A stretch of DNA of 64,000 bases from the human T2T-CHM13v2.0 reference genome, Homo sapiens. Made by a program: the position numbers and the translations under genes. Positions 15,030-28,059 of this stretch are shown piece after piece (within the stretch, counting starts at the first letter, position 1; every line of letters begins with the position of its first letter). The stretch lies in NCBI RefSeq assembly GCF_009914755.1, contig NC_060926.1. One strand, given 5' to 3'. A model generated the notes under the pieces. The model did not search any database, was not told the origin of the DNA, and saw nothing but the letters and a program-made list of their open reading frames with translations.

Positions 15030-15649
15030 TAATACAGTTTTTAAGAGAAAACAGGTACTCAAGTTCACAGCCCAGATGAGCAAACTCATGACTGCTTCTG
15101 TCTGACTGGCTTTTGCTTACAAAGCAGATCTGCCACCTCTGCCTTTCCATGCACAGTCAAGCTCTGTTCTCTAGTTTGGATTTTTTACTTTAACAACTGC
15201 CTCCAGTGCTTTCCTTGTTTGAAGAAGTGGGTATACCTTGGTTTGTAGACTTCTCCAGGATTAGGTCCCATACTTCTAGAGGAGAACACTGGAATCCCAG
15301 CTGGAGTTGGCTTTGGCCTGTGCAGGCATGAGGGGGCCTTCCTGCCTCTGTTGTGCATGGACTGGTCACCACCAGCCACCTGTGGATGAGCTGGGGCAGG
15401 TTGTGCCACATGTCACGCAAGGGGACAGCATTGAGGAGTCCTTTTGGGTTTGTTGGAGACCAAAAAGAGAAGGGACCCTGTTGATGTATTTCATTAGTGC
15501 CAAGTGGGCACCCTGCGATGAGTCTTACCTGCATGTAGATCAGATCTGCAGGAGCATCTCTGCAGATGCGTGATGTGGGCAGAATTCCTCTTCTGTCTTC
15601 AACCCCTTCTTGCTTCTTGCCCCCAGTTGACCTACCACAGTTGAGCTCT

Positions 15650-16110
15650 TGAAACTGACCCATTTTTCCTGTAGAGCTGATGTTTATGGTTTCTTTGAAT
15701 AAACATAGAAATTGATCCTCTCAGTCTTAAAACTTGAGAAAGTTACATTTGTCTTATCTGAGTTCCTTTCTCAGGAAAGGAACTATCAGGACACCCAGAT
15801 AGCATAAAGGAGTTGAAACTTGCCAGATCCCTGTGTTTGGACAATGAGAAGCCAGACCCCTCACCCATCATGACTGCCTAAGTGACCACCTGCTGCCTGT
15901 TATGTTTTCCAACACATGGTTACATTTCTTCCCTGCTATATAAACTCCTAATTTTAGTCGGTCAGGGAGGTGAATTTGAGACTGAGCTCCCATCTGCTCA
16001 GCTGCAGCACCCGATTGAAGCCTTCTTCCCTGGCAATACTCATCTCAGTGATTGGCTTTCTGTGCAGCAAGCAGCAGGACCTAGACCAAACCCCTGGTGT
16101 TTTGGTAACA
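15650..16110 (+). mobile_element. Solo LTR26-type ERV1 LTR
   Basis: tgaaact...ctgatgtttatggtttctttgaataaacatagaaattga...ttttggtaaca with TG..CA ends. Flanks ctct/ttct. Confidence 0.8.
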
Positions 16111-16369
16111 TTCTGAGGAGCCATGGGCATCCCCAAGTGTGCCTCCTGTCAGCCTCAAACAGGCAGGGAGGAGAACAGAAAGGTGTCAAGGTGGCAGCAC
16201 TGCCAGCCTTGCTGCCGTGTGAGCTCAGCCCCTCTTCTGTTTGGCCCACTCTGAGTTCTCACAGGACAGGATTTTGGGGTAGATCCAGTTTGGAAGCATC
16301 TCGCCCCTCTTCCAGCCTTTTCCCAATGGTGTGTCTGTATTATTCTGCTAGAGCTGCCATAACTAAGAA

Positions 16370-16506
16370 CAGTTGTCCTTCAGTATTCTGGAGGATTAAC
16401 TGCAGGACCCCCCCGGCAAATACCAGATCTGTGGAAGGCTCAGGTCCCTGATAAAAAATGGTGTAGTATTTGCATATAACCTGCACATACCCTTGTGGGT
16501 TTTTTT

Positions 16507-16539
<33 letters not shown>

Positions 16540-17052
16540 AGACAGAGTCTCACTTTGTCGCCCAGGCTGGAGTGCAGTGGCGCGATCTTGGCTCACGGCT
16601 CACTGCAAGCTCTGCCTCCCGGGTTCATGCCATTCTCCTGCCTCAGCCTCCTGAGTAGCTGGGATTACAGATGCCTGCCACCACGCCTGGCTAATTTTTT
16701 GTATTTTTAGTAGAGATGGGATTTCACTATGTTAGCCGGGATGGTCTCGATCTCCTGACCTCGTGATCTGCCCACCTTGGCCTCCTAAAGTGCTGGGATT
16801 ACAGGCATGAGCCACCACACCTGGCCCCCTTTTTTTATACTGTAAGTCACCTCTGGATTACTTCAAATAGCTAATAGAATGTAATGTAAATGTTACGTAA
16901 TGATTTTTACACTATTGTTTAGGGAATAGTGACAAGAAAAAAGTCTGTACATACTCAGTGCATCTATAAGCATCCATTATTTTTCCAACTATTTTTTGAC
17001 CTGTGGTTGGTTGAATCCACAGATGGAGAATCCACCCACTTGGAAGGCCTGC
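16370..17052. mobile_element. MER2 (TcMar-Tigger MITE) split by an Alu
   Basis: cagttgtccttcagtat start, aaatggtgtagtatttgcatataacct, gttggttgaatccacagatg near the end. Confidence 0.8.
16500..16826 (-). mobile_element. AluY-like
   Basis: ctgcaagctctgcctcccgggttcatgccattctcc and gatggtctcgatctcctgacctcgtgatc; long poly-T. Confidence 0.92.
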
Positions 17053-18789
17053 AAGATTGCAGTGCCCTCTGCCCCTGGAGTTAAGGGAGGTGGTAGGAAG
17101 TAAGAGGCAGGTTAGGCACAGCGATAAGGATAGAAGGAGAGGTGAGTCTTTTCTGGGTAACAACTTTCAGTTTTCACTGTGTAGCTTGAAAACTCTCAGG
17201 GGTCATTCTACCTCTGGCAAATGTACAAATTCACAGACTCTCAAGGTGCTCATTACTGTAAAACCTTCTAAATCGCAACTTTGAAGCTAAAGGGCGTATG
17301 GAATTTTCCAGAGTGAAGATCTTTTGGAGCAGAGCATGTTCCAAAACATCTCTAGGAGTGCTTTAAAGGGAGAAAAAAGACAAATGTTCTTTTTCAGTCC
17401 TGACGAGCCATCTGCGGTCTGAAGTGATTTACATCTGACTTTTTTTCAAGTTTGTAAATTTTTGCACTGGCTTGACAGTCTCTTGTTCTTGTCACCCCTG
17501 GATTCCCTTAACATAGGCTGACTGGCATGCTGAAAGGAAAGTGCTCCTTCTTCATGCTGTTTCTGCTGATGGATTTAGGTAGCTCACAAGTGAATTCTTT
17601 AATGGAGCAGTTCAGGCAGCCTATCTCATGTGTTGTTATAATACAGCCCACATCTCAGCACGGGAAGCAGCGGAGTGGGGATTCATTCAAATGTACGGCT
17701 GGGAAGCCCAGGTTCCTTCTCTTTCAGTTGGGGAATATTAATGAGATGGGATTTTAGGGAACAGGTGAAGTCTGCTCCTATGTAAGCTGATTTATAATAA
17801 CTATTTCTTATTTACTGATTATAAATACTGGATTAGGTACCTGTATGATTAAGAGAAAGAACCATATTTCTTATTGGTTTTTGATCTGGCACATTTAAAA
17901 ATTGAAGAAAGGGTCAAAATTAAAAAAGAAAAGGAAGCTTGTGAGTTATCGATTGATGAATTATCAAAATGAAAGCTGAGACATCCTAAGATCCTGGAAA
18001 GTGCCCAAAGGTTTGAGCTCAGGTTGTGACCTGGAAGGCTGAAGACCCTGGAGCTGGCACAGTGCTGTGACCCTCTGCCATCCCCTCCCATAAAGGTGGT
18101 GGCAGCAATGTCTGCCTCACAGGGAGGTTGTAAAATAGCATCAGTTTATTTTAAAGCATTTTGAAGACTCGTAGTTGGTGCTTAGTGGCATGCTTTGCAC
18201 ATGAGAACCCCTTCACTGCACCTCCTCATCCAAGCCCTCCTAGACCTGCAGTGCAGCTCCATGGCCTTAGCTGACCCATGGGCAGACAGGGCTCCACATG
18301 CCCTGGAAAAAGATGGGGCAAACCATGGCTATGGGAGGCTGCCACAGAGTTGCAGGTGATCAAGGAGAGACAGTTGATAGACTGGCAGTGAAGAAAACCT
18401 TGGCATTTTATAAGTAGAAGCTAAGTTAATTAAAAATCCAAGCACAGCAAACTGGGGCCACTTAATGTATGGGAACAAACACTTCTGTATTTCTTAATCA
18501 CCCTGGGAGTATCAATGTGAGCATGTGCAGCACAGTGGTGCGAGATCGTAAAGCTTCATTGTGATGATGTGCAGGCATTAAGAGATGGTTAAATTAGGCT
18601 TAATATTATTTGTTAAGAGGGCAGTGAAAAATGCTGTTGGTATATCTATCAATACTGGCAAAATATTTAAGTGTAGATGCTTATACTCATTCTCTCCTGA
18701 GTTGAATTCATCTTCTCCCTCCCTACATCTACCAGATCTTGTTTTGTGCCAGGTGAACCTGCTTCTGGGCTTCCACACTAGTAACAATA

Positions 18790-19238
18790 GTTGCTTGAAA
18801 AACCACCCCAAAACTTAGTGGCTTAAAATGAACAGCTCATACTAAGCTCATGATTTGGGCAGGACTGGAGACTTTGGCCTGTGCTCAGCTGGGCAGTTCT
18901 TCTGGTCTCACCTGAGCTAAATCCTACGTCTGTGGTTAGCCTCCAGGCTTTCCTGCAGGGGCTTCAGCTGGAACCACACACCCCTCCAAGAGACTAACCT
19001 GGACCTCCTCACATGGCAATAGGCAGGGCTCCAAGAAAATGAGGGAATGTATCAAAGGCCTTCCAAGGCCTGAGCTCAGAACTAGCCACTTCTGCCACAT
19101 TCTGTCAGCCACAGCAAGTTATGAGGCCAGCTCTGATGCAAGGGGAGCTCCTCTTGTTTGGGGAGCTGCAAAGTCACATTGGAAAGGACTTATATGTGGG
19201 GAGCCATGTGGACGTAGGCCACTTTGTAACCTACCACA
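18790..19238 (-). mobile_element. Old MLT1 (MaLR) LTR
   Basis: aaccaccccaaaacttagtggcttaaa, cacttctgccacattctg, ends ctaccaca. Confidence 0.7.
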
Positions 19239-19592
19239 GCTCTGTGCTTGGCTCTGTCAGGGAACTGTCCAACTCTATGGTAATTTTTGGTAGGCTTTTT
19301 TTCCATCTCCTTTTAGACTGGAAGTTGCTAAAGACAAGGACATTTTGTTTGTTTCCTGTATCCTCAGAAAACATGCCAATGGAGTGAAGACTCCATGAAG
19401 AAATAAAATAAAAGGGTGAGCTTTAAGACATTAGTATGTTAAGGAAAGGATTGCCAGAGTGTGCAGGAAGGCTCCACTGACGGGGGGAAGCTGACCTAGT
19501 CACAAAGGGTGGGGAGCAGTGAGACAGACAGCTGTAAATGGGGCAAGCACTCAGGTAAGGAGGATGGGGTGACTTGTCTATAAAGGCAACAC

Positions 19593-20170
19593 TGAAACTG
19601 GCCTACTTTCCCCATAGAACAGATGTTTATGGTATTTTTGAATAAACATAGAAATTGACCATCCCAGTCTCAAAGCTTGAAACTTACATTTGTCATATCC
19701 AAGTTCCTTTCTTAGGAAACGAACCATCATGTCTCTCAGATTGTATCAAGGAGCTGAAACTCACCAGACCCCACAGCAAGTGGACAATGACATGCCAGAC
19801 CCTTCACCTATCATGATGAAAGGTAGAGGCTTTGTTCTTTTCTTCTCACTGGAGAGATTTAGTTTCAACTGAAAGGCATAAATCCAGTTCCTATGGCTTC
19901 TCTTCCTACAGACCACCTGCTTTCTTTAGGCCAACTCCTCTTCCTTACTTCTCCCTAATTTCTGTTTTCCTGCACATAGTTACATTCCTTCCCTGCTGTA
20001 TAAACCCCCAATTTTAGTTGGTTAGGGAGATGGATTTGAGACTTCTTTCCTATTTCCTGACATCGTCCAAGTAAAGCCTTTCTTCCCTGGCAATATTTAT
20101 TGTCTCAGTGATTGGTTTTCTATGTGGCAGGCAATGGGACCTAAACTGGACCCCTGGCATTTCAGTAGCA
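19593..20170 (+). mobile_element. Second solo LTR26-type LTR, carrying a foreign 94-bp insert
   Basis: Colinear with 15650-16110 apart from 19819-19912 and a pyrimidine-rich block. TG..CA ends; flanks acac/acaa. Confidence 0.8.
19819..19912 (+). repeat. Dispersed copy of 34439-34536
   Basis: aaaggtagaggctttgttcttttc...tggcttctcttcctacaga occurs at both sites. Confidence 0.93.
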
Positions 20171-20400
20171 ACAATATTTAGGGGACTGAGGCTGAACTAA
20201 GTGCAGGGAATTAGGAGGAGATGAGATTAATAAGGTTGGTTAGGACCAAATGGTGGAGAGTTCAGAAGTTGCAACAGATTTGGACTTTATAGTCAAACAA
20301 AAGATGCATTTGGTTTTATACAAGCCTATATGTGGAGGACCCTTTATTGTTATAGGTATGTTCATATACTTGTGTTAATTAAAACAACTTTAAGCTTAGG

Positions 20401-20440
20401 TCTCTCTCTCGCTCTCTATCTCTACCTCTGTCTGTCTATA

Positions 20441-20482
<42 letters not shown>

Positions 20483-20535
20483 GTATCTATTATCTATCTA
20501 CCTACCTACCTACCTACCTACCTACCTATGTATCT
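20401..20535. repeat. Compound (TC)n/(TCTA)n/(CCTA)n STR
   Basis: Directly visible tandem units. Confidence 0.93.
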
Positions 20536-20537
20536 AT

Positions 20538-20815
20538 GGTAGTGGTTAAGTCTGTAAATTTAAAAAGTTGTGAAGTTTGGGATCAGTTTGTCAGAATTTA
20601 AATGATATCCTTCAACTCTTGCCATCTGTGTGACCTTAGGCCAGTGACTTCATCTCTCAAGTCCTAGTTCCTTAATCTGTAAAGTGGAGTGTTGATGACA
20701 ATACCTGGCTCATGGGTTACTGTGAGATAGAATGCCCTATGTACTACGTGGCAAGGTTCTTGGCCCTGGGAAGCACAAATGTGTGCTGGTGTCTTCATCA
20801 TTAGTAATGATATTA
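20538..20815 (+). mobile_element. MIR
   Basis: Core tgtgtgaccttaggccagtgacttcatctctc...atctgtaaagtggag. Confidence 0.8.
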
Positions 20816-21932
20816 ATGCTGCATGGAGAGGTTGCTACCTGCCCTGTGTCCAAGCCCGGACAGCTGGCATTTCTGAGCAGAGGAGGAGCACAGAGAAGTG
20901 GTGCTTTGGGAAGGTTGATCCCATAGATCTCATTGAAGACATGAACCTTGCCTTCAAGGCTTCAAAGGCTGGTTTGGATATAAATCATTCACACAGGAAA
21001 ACATAGCAACACAAGATGGTAAGTAAGTTCCAGGTGAATGACACCGAGAGGGAAGCCCCTATAAAGATTGTGGGTGATGAGATAATATAGGTGAGAGAGG
21101 AGGCATGGAAGAAGTGAGTTCTGGGATTGGTTTGATTCTGGCCTTGACTGTGGCTTTAGGCAAACAGAATATTATTTGTTTACATTTAAGATGAATTTCT
21201 AGGGGAAGCCCATGCAAAATAGAGTGTAAATATCATATAATGCTGCCTTTTCCTACATAATGTAACACTATGCTTTTTGGGAAAAAAATGATTTGTTTCT
21301 GTATCTAATTCCCCTAGCTAGGCCAGGGATAGCCAGCCCTCTTGAAGACATTAAAAGCCAGTAAAACCTAGTTAAAAGGTGTGCATCACACTGATTCTTG
21401 AAGGTAATATTTGAGTGAGCCGACTGAACTGACTGAATAGCAGTCAGACATTCTATTAAGGTGTTGGGGTGGAGAGAAGGTGAGGGTGCATTTTATTTCT
21501 TGCACCTAAGAAGATATGGTCAAACATCTCTGGAAAGGTATGTGTGGGTTTTCATGAAAAAATGTGGTATTTAGTAGAATGCTATAGTTACAATATTATT
21601 TTCTTTGTGAAAGAATAAAAACAATACAAGTAAAAAGTATGTAAATATGTCCCAGAAGAATGGGGTGGAGCTGTGGATGCCCGGTGGATCTTGACCACAT
21701 ATTTCATTGGCCTTGACTTGGCTTAGGAACTTCTTTACATGGCCCAAGGTGCTCTATGAAGCTAATTGTTCATCAGTTATTACACAACTATGAGTTGCCT
21801 CTGTGTGTAAATATACACATATCTGTTACCTAACCAGAATTTTGGTGGAGTGCATTTCAGATTTTCACTTTGACCTCTCCTACTCCTGAAGAGAAATGTC
21901 TCTTTTCTGCTCAATTATAATTTTAATCCAGA

Positions 21933-22022
21933 TTCTTCCTCCCCTTCCTCTTCTTTTTCTGTCTTCCCCCTTCTTTAAATTTCTCCCCTTCTTCCTCCTC
22001 CCTCATCTTCCTTTTCTTTGTC
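21933..22022. repeat. CT-rich low-complexity tract
   Basis: Near-pure polypyrimidine run. Confidence 0.8.
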
Positions 22023-22174
22023 TTGGGTTCTCATATGGAATCGTAATATCTCACTCAGATGAGTAATTTCTTATATCAGGGACTACGTCCTCATTCCAAA
22101 GGACTCTCCTACCCATCATCACGTGTCTCCCTTCCCTCTTGCAGTCTGTTCTTTAGCATGTCAATCTCACTACA

Positions 22175-22621
22175 TGTTATGGGTTGAGTTGTGTCCCACC
22201 AATATTCATATGTTGAAGTCCTAGTCCCTTATATCTCAGGATGGAAGTTTATTTGGAAACAGAGTCATTGCAGATGTAATCAGTTAAGATGAGGACAAAC
22301 TGGATAGGGTGGGCCCTAATCCAATATCACCAGCATCCTTATAGAAACAGGAAATTTGGACACAGACCACACACAGGGAGGAAGGCAGAGATTGAAGTGA
22401 TGCATCTACAAGCCCAGAAATGCCAAAGATTGCCAGCAAACCACCAAGAGCTAGTAAAGAGATAATGGAACAGTGTCTTCCTCACAGCCCTCAGAAGGAA
22501 CCAACCCGGCTGACACCTTGATCTCAGACATCTTGCCTTCGGAACTGAGCTAATAAATCTTTCTTGTTTAAGTCATTCACTCTGTGGTACTTTGTTATGG
22601 AAGCGCTAGCAAACTAGTACA
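22175..22621 (+). mobile_element. MLT1C-like solo LTR
   Basis: tgttatgggttgagttgtgtccc...cagccctcagaaggaaccaacc...aaactagtaca. Confidence 0.85.
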
Positions 22622-22914
22622 CACTTTTACAAGTGTTCTTAACGTATGTATACATTTAATCCCCTCTTTTATTTCAGAAGTGACTTGAGATGTTGGTATC
22701 AAAGAGATAGTAAATCTTAAAAAGAATTAACATTGGATTTATAGAGTGCAGTTGAAGAAAGACAAAGCAGGAATTCTGACAATAAACTCATATTTCCTCT
22801 CAGCATTTATTATGAATCAAATTAATTTGGAAGTAGAAAAAGGTGTATTGATATTTAAACCTGTGAAAAGACTCGTACCTTCACAGAGTTGTTGGCCAAA
22901 GTTCTGAGCTTAAG

Positions 22915-23030
22915 GTTAAACTGCAAGCTCCATGAGAGCAGTGACTCTGTTTTGTTTAACATAGTATTCTCAATACATAGTGCAATATCTGGCATATAGT
23001 AGGTACATAATACATTTTTATTGATTGCTT
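22915..23030 (+). mobile_element. L2 3' end
   Basis: ctgcaagctccatgagagcag...tggcatatagtaggtacataata. Confidence 0.65.
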
Positions 23031-23582
23031 GTCTAGGGAAATAAATTTAATCATGTGGCAAAACAGAAATCGTGGGCAAAACAGAAGGCAGATGCCGTTG
23101 CTCAAGTGAGAAAAATATTAAACTGACTTCGTTAGGTCTGAAGAGATGTATTATCAGTTTCTACCTGTCCAATTGGGGGATCATTTACTAAACATTCCTC
23201 AGATGTGTAGCTCAATGTAGACTCCACAGAGAGTGCAAAGAAATAATGTTTCATACTCTTTGGCTTCAAGGGGTTTATGATCCAGTTGGGGAAATTAGAC
23301 ATTGAATGGAGATAAGCAGCAATAATACAATAAAATGCTCAGACCTATCCCACTGATGATAATGCTGTGGGAGGTCCCAGGAAGAGGCATGGGTGTGGCC
23401 ATAGAGATTCACACAGAATGTAGAATGAAGTCTCTCTGAGGCAGTGTCTTTCAGCTGTGCATCCCCAGGGTACCAAAGAGCTTGGTCTTCAAAAAGAGTT
23501 TGTTGAATAAACAAATGGGAAAATGTGAGGTTGGCCTAGAGAGTTAGGTTTAGGGTGGGGGTGGAGAAGTATTCCATGTGGT

Positions 23583-23758
23583 CAGGATTGGCTTCATGGG
23601 CATGTCACCCCTAGAGTTGCATGGGGCCCTATTCTCAGAAGGGCCTGACACTTGACTGATGTGCTGCTGCTATATGTTGAAATTCTTAATGACTTTTGGA
23701 CAAGGGGACTCACATTTTTATTTTGCACTGGGCCCTACCAATTGTGTAGCTGGCCCTG
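23583..23758. mobile_element. MER91-like hAT MITE
   Basis: caggattggcttcatgggc...ttttgcactgggccctaccaattgtgtagctggccctg with cagg/cctg termini. Confidence 0.7.
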
Positions 23759-24450
23759 CATATGCTTAAATAGCACTAAAGTGTTTGCTTCACGGATGCA
23801 ATCTGCTGCAGTGGCACAATGTTTTTAATATAATTTTGAATTCTGCCTGGAAAGGACCTAAGCCAACCTGGTCATTGACAATTCTTAATCCCTTCTTTCT
23901 GGACTGTATAGTCGTCACGAAGAAGTTTGGGCTGGGTAAGGAGAGTTAGTTTCTCCCTTAAAGCTTCATACTCGCTTTACTACCAAGCGTTAACAAGAGC
24001 AAACCTCAGAAAAAATCAGTCTCTCATACCTGCATTAACTGAACAACCACATGGCCTGTCTTACAGGCTCAATGAAGCCTGTGGATTCCGTCTTTTTGGA
24101 GCTCAGGCCACCACTTGCAGGAAGGATTTGTCCACAACTCTAGGTTAGCACAACAACATTACAGAGCAGGATTCTCCAGCCTTATAGCTGGCATCAGGGA
24201 ACTGATGGCTGAACAAGGGTTCCTTAGGGACAAAGTGGATGTAACAGATACAAGTCTCTCTGGATATACTCCATGGATGCAAAGACAGGCAGCGCCTAGT
24301 TTATTTCAGTCAATCCACATATCTTGAGTACATTTATCTTTCCCAATGACAGCCTATTTCTAACTTCCATCATGCTATGACAGGTCACTGTCTTCTCCGA
24401 TGAAAACCTCTCCCTGATACTCAGTAGGATCATTAGAAAAGATTCAAGTG

Positions 24451-24977
<527 letters not shown>

Positions 24978-25666
24978 TCACTCCCTAATGTCTTGAACCC
25001 ATGGCTTCTGCCACGTATGCCCCTGTTCGTCTTCTGCAGTTTTTTGAATCTATGAAGTATGAAGGTTGAGGGTATGGGCGTTGGAAGCTAGGTGATGGAA
25101 TTTACAGTTGACTCCGCAAGACATTGGTCAGCCATGATAAAAATGGCATGTAGGGGAGCACATGAAAGTTCTTTAAACAGGCACTCTTGAGACGGCTTCG
25201 GGTCCCAATTCTGCCATTCCCTGGAGGTGTGGATTGGTTGCTACTTCATCTCTCTGGGGCTCAGCAGCCTCCTCTATAAAAAGCATAAACTGGATGAGTG
25301 CTTTTTAAAGATTTTTGTAATTCCCAACTGCATAATTTTGTATTCTACCTGGTGGTCATAGGCAGGATGAACTATTTGTGGAAGGAATATAAGTAGAAAT
25401 TGAAGTTGGGAAAGAATAAGTACATTTTAAAATTTGCAGACATATCTGTAAACATTCCATACATAGTATGGAACGACTTAAATTTATCAGTTTATTAAAT
25501 CCTACCTACACCTTTATGCTATAGGCACTATGGGACAAAGTTGCTATGTGGTGAAATTTTTCCTATTTATGCACTGATGTATTCACTGTACTCTGGTTAG
25601 TGTAGGATTAAAGGTGAAATTTCTTCTACTGGCATCTTTCTAATAATGATTTCATACTTTGTATGC

Positions 25667-25685
25667 AGAGCACTAGGTGGCAATG
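25667..25685 (+). promoter_or_regulatory. Candidate CTCF site
   Basis: agagCACTAGGTGGCAatg matches the CCASYAGRKGGCR core, in non-repeat sequence. Motif match only. Confidence 0.5.
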
Positions 25686-26108
25686 TTGCATCTTTTTAAA
25701 ATCAGTTTTCCTTTTAGAAGAGAGAAATGATGGGTGAGATACTACTTAAAATAATTATTACGTTTTAAATTGTAGCTTATTTTGGAATCATATTTCCTAG
25801 GATTTGTTCATTGTTGGAAATGTGACAGGAAATCTTAATCCCTAAATTCAGAGAAATTGGATTATTTTTGTTGTTAGAGGTAAATATCCCAATAGCTACG
25901 TAAAATAAAATCTCTCTTATGGTAATAAGGGAATTTGAATTTCTCCTTTAAAGGGAATTTAGAATCTACCCTGAAAATATTTAGAGAATGGACAGATTTT
26001 TTTATTCTCCACAGAAGAGAGTGCAGAAGCCAGCATTAATCTTTTTAAAGTATATCTGTTTTCAGAGAAAAAAAAAAGTCTATTCTAAAAAGCAAAGGTC
26101 ATTTTGGG

Positions 26109-26350
26109 TCATTATAATCATATACTTTTGGGAGAAAAGAGAAGTTAATCTCACAGAGAGATAACTCTTTGCAAAAAGGCAAATTGCCCAATGCATGGTT
26201 TTCTCAAGTGAAGGTGAACTCTTGAAAGAAAGGGAAGTAAGTACACAAGACCAAGGATTTAGAGAGTGTGTGTTATCTCCTGGATGACAGTGAAAGTATA
26301 GATTCATCTCTTTCACAGCTACTGGCTCTAGAAACTATCAATTTAGAGGA
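26109..26350 (+). repeat. Left outer arm of ancient inverted repeat
   Basis: Reverse complement of 27354-27596; perfect 21-bp block 26198-26218 vs 27484-27504. Confidence 0.9.
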
Positions 26351-26544
26351 AAGATTGTTTGTATGTTCAATTATCTGAGATTGGTTTTCTCCAAATACTG
26401 TTATATTGACAATGGACAAGTGGTGGCAGGAGGAAGAATGAATAATATGGTGCTAGTCTTATTTACTCTGCCTGTCATTAATGTCACAAATCCTCACTTA
26501 CTGATAAAACACACACCCAGCCAGTGTCTCAGAGAGCTGCAGAA

Positions 26545-26765
26545 GGTGGTTTAATATCACAGTTGGGCCAGCAACTCTGGAGCTGAACTGTTTGGCTTAT
26601 CCTAGCTCCGTAGCTAGGGAGTCAATGTTTCAGGGTCTTGACTTTCTCATCTGTAAAATTTAAAAATTGTGCCTTCTGTCTCTTGGAATTGTGAAGACTG
26701 AATAAGTGACAGCTTTAAAAAAAAATCAAGCACAGTGCTTGAAACATAGTAGCTTTTCTCATAGT
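26545..26765 (+). mobile_element. MIR
   Basis: tttctcatctgtaaaat...ggaattgtgaagactgaataag...aagcacagtgcttgaaacatagtag. Confidence 0.7.
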
Positions 26766-27353
26766 CTTCCCTTTGTACTGAAGGTTGACCAAAACAACCC
26801 TACCATCATCCAACCTGAATTACTGGCCAAAGTAAGATTTATAACTATTTATTTTAATTTAATGTATGTATATATTTTCTACTCATAGCCATTTTCATAG
26901 CAAATTCATAAGTTGTTCCACATTCAAAATAAGTCACTGCCCTTTTAAAAAAAAACCCATGAACTGTTCCCCGACAAATAAAAAGCAAAAACAAATAAAA
27001 ACCCTCATCTATAAAACAATGGCCTCAACAAGTGACTTGATCTTGTGATCAACAGTTTTAAAACTGCCCTCACTTAGAGGTTTAGAAATTCTTAAGACAA
27101 ATAAATATGGATATGGAAGTTTGGTTTTGATTTGATTTCCTAACCTTATTTAATTTTTAGATTTTTAAAGTTTTTGGATAATTTTCGTTTGTCTAATTCA
27201 ACAGGCAAAAATAGAAGTGACGCTAGCATGCCCTATGATAAACATTCTTCTATAAGTTGTTGAAATGATTAAACTTTATTGTCATATATATTAGAATACA
27301 TGTTATATAATACATATATCATGTTACAGATATTATACATATAATATATATAG

Positions 27354-27596
27354 TCCACTAAATTGATGTTTCTTTGAACTAGTATCTGTGGAAGAGATAA
27401 ATCTGTGTTCTTCACTGCTAAACAGGAGAAAACATCCACTCTCTCTAAATCATTGGTCTCATCCCTTCTCTTCCTTTCAACGATTCACCTTCACTTGAGA
27501 AAACAACGCCCTAGGTAATTTTCCTTGTATGCAAAAATGTCTCTTAGATAGAATAACGTCTTTCTTCTCCCCAAAGTATACGCTTTGAAATAATGA
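27354..27596 (-). repeat. Right outer arm of ancient inverted repeat
   Basis: Colinear inverted match to 26109-26350, roughly 70-75% identity by eye. Confidence 0.9.
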
Positions 27597-27847
27597 AACC
27601 TTGAGTTGAGAAGGTTCTTTCTTGTGAGTGTGACAAGAAGCAGCACAATCTTCCCAAGCAGGCGAATGGGAAGATGAGATCCCTTGTTATGGAAGGATCT
27701 CTGGGGACGGTAACCAAGGTGAATGATGATGATGATGATGAAAGCTGAAAGCCAACTGCTCTCCTAGAAGTCCTTCCAAGTAAAGGCCTTATTGACCACC
27801 CAGCACGTGCTAGCCATGGGATCCCATCAGTGTTCCTGGGTCGGAGC

Positions 27848-28059
27848 AGTGGTTCTCAGCTTTGTCCCCTGCCCCACTCGGGACATCTGACAACACCTGG
27901 AAACATTTTTTGATTGTCACACCTGGGAGAAGGGCTACCACTGACATCCAGTGGGGAGAGTCCAGGTATGCCACTAAACATCCTACAACACACGAAAGCC
28001 CCTGCCACAAATAACTATTCAGTCCAAAATGTCAACAGGGCTGTGGCTGAGAAAATCTG
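27848..28059. mobile_element. MER20 (hAT-Charlie MITE)
   Basis: cagtggttctca start, gacatccagtggggagagtccagg, caaaatgtcaacagggctgtggctgagaaaatctg end. Confidence 0.85.

Noticed and set aside
15650-20170. A single LTR26 provirus
   Set aside because: There is no PBS/gag/pol between the LTRs, the flanking repeats are separate, and the spacer holds older elements.
26080-26316. 78-aa ORF in the palindrome arm as a duplicated coding exon
   Set aside because: The opposite arm has indels and stops relative to this frame, so coding is not preserved.
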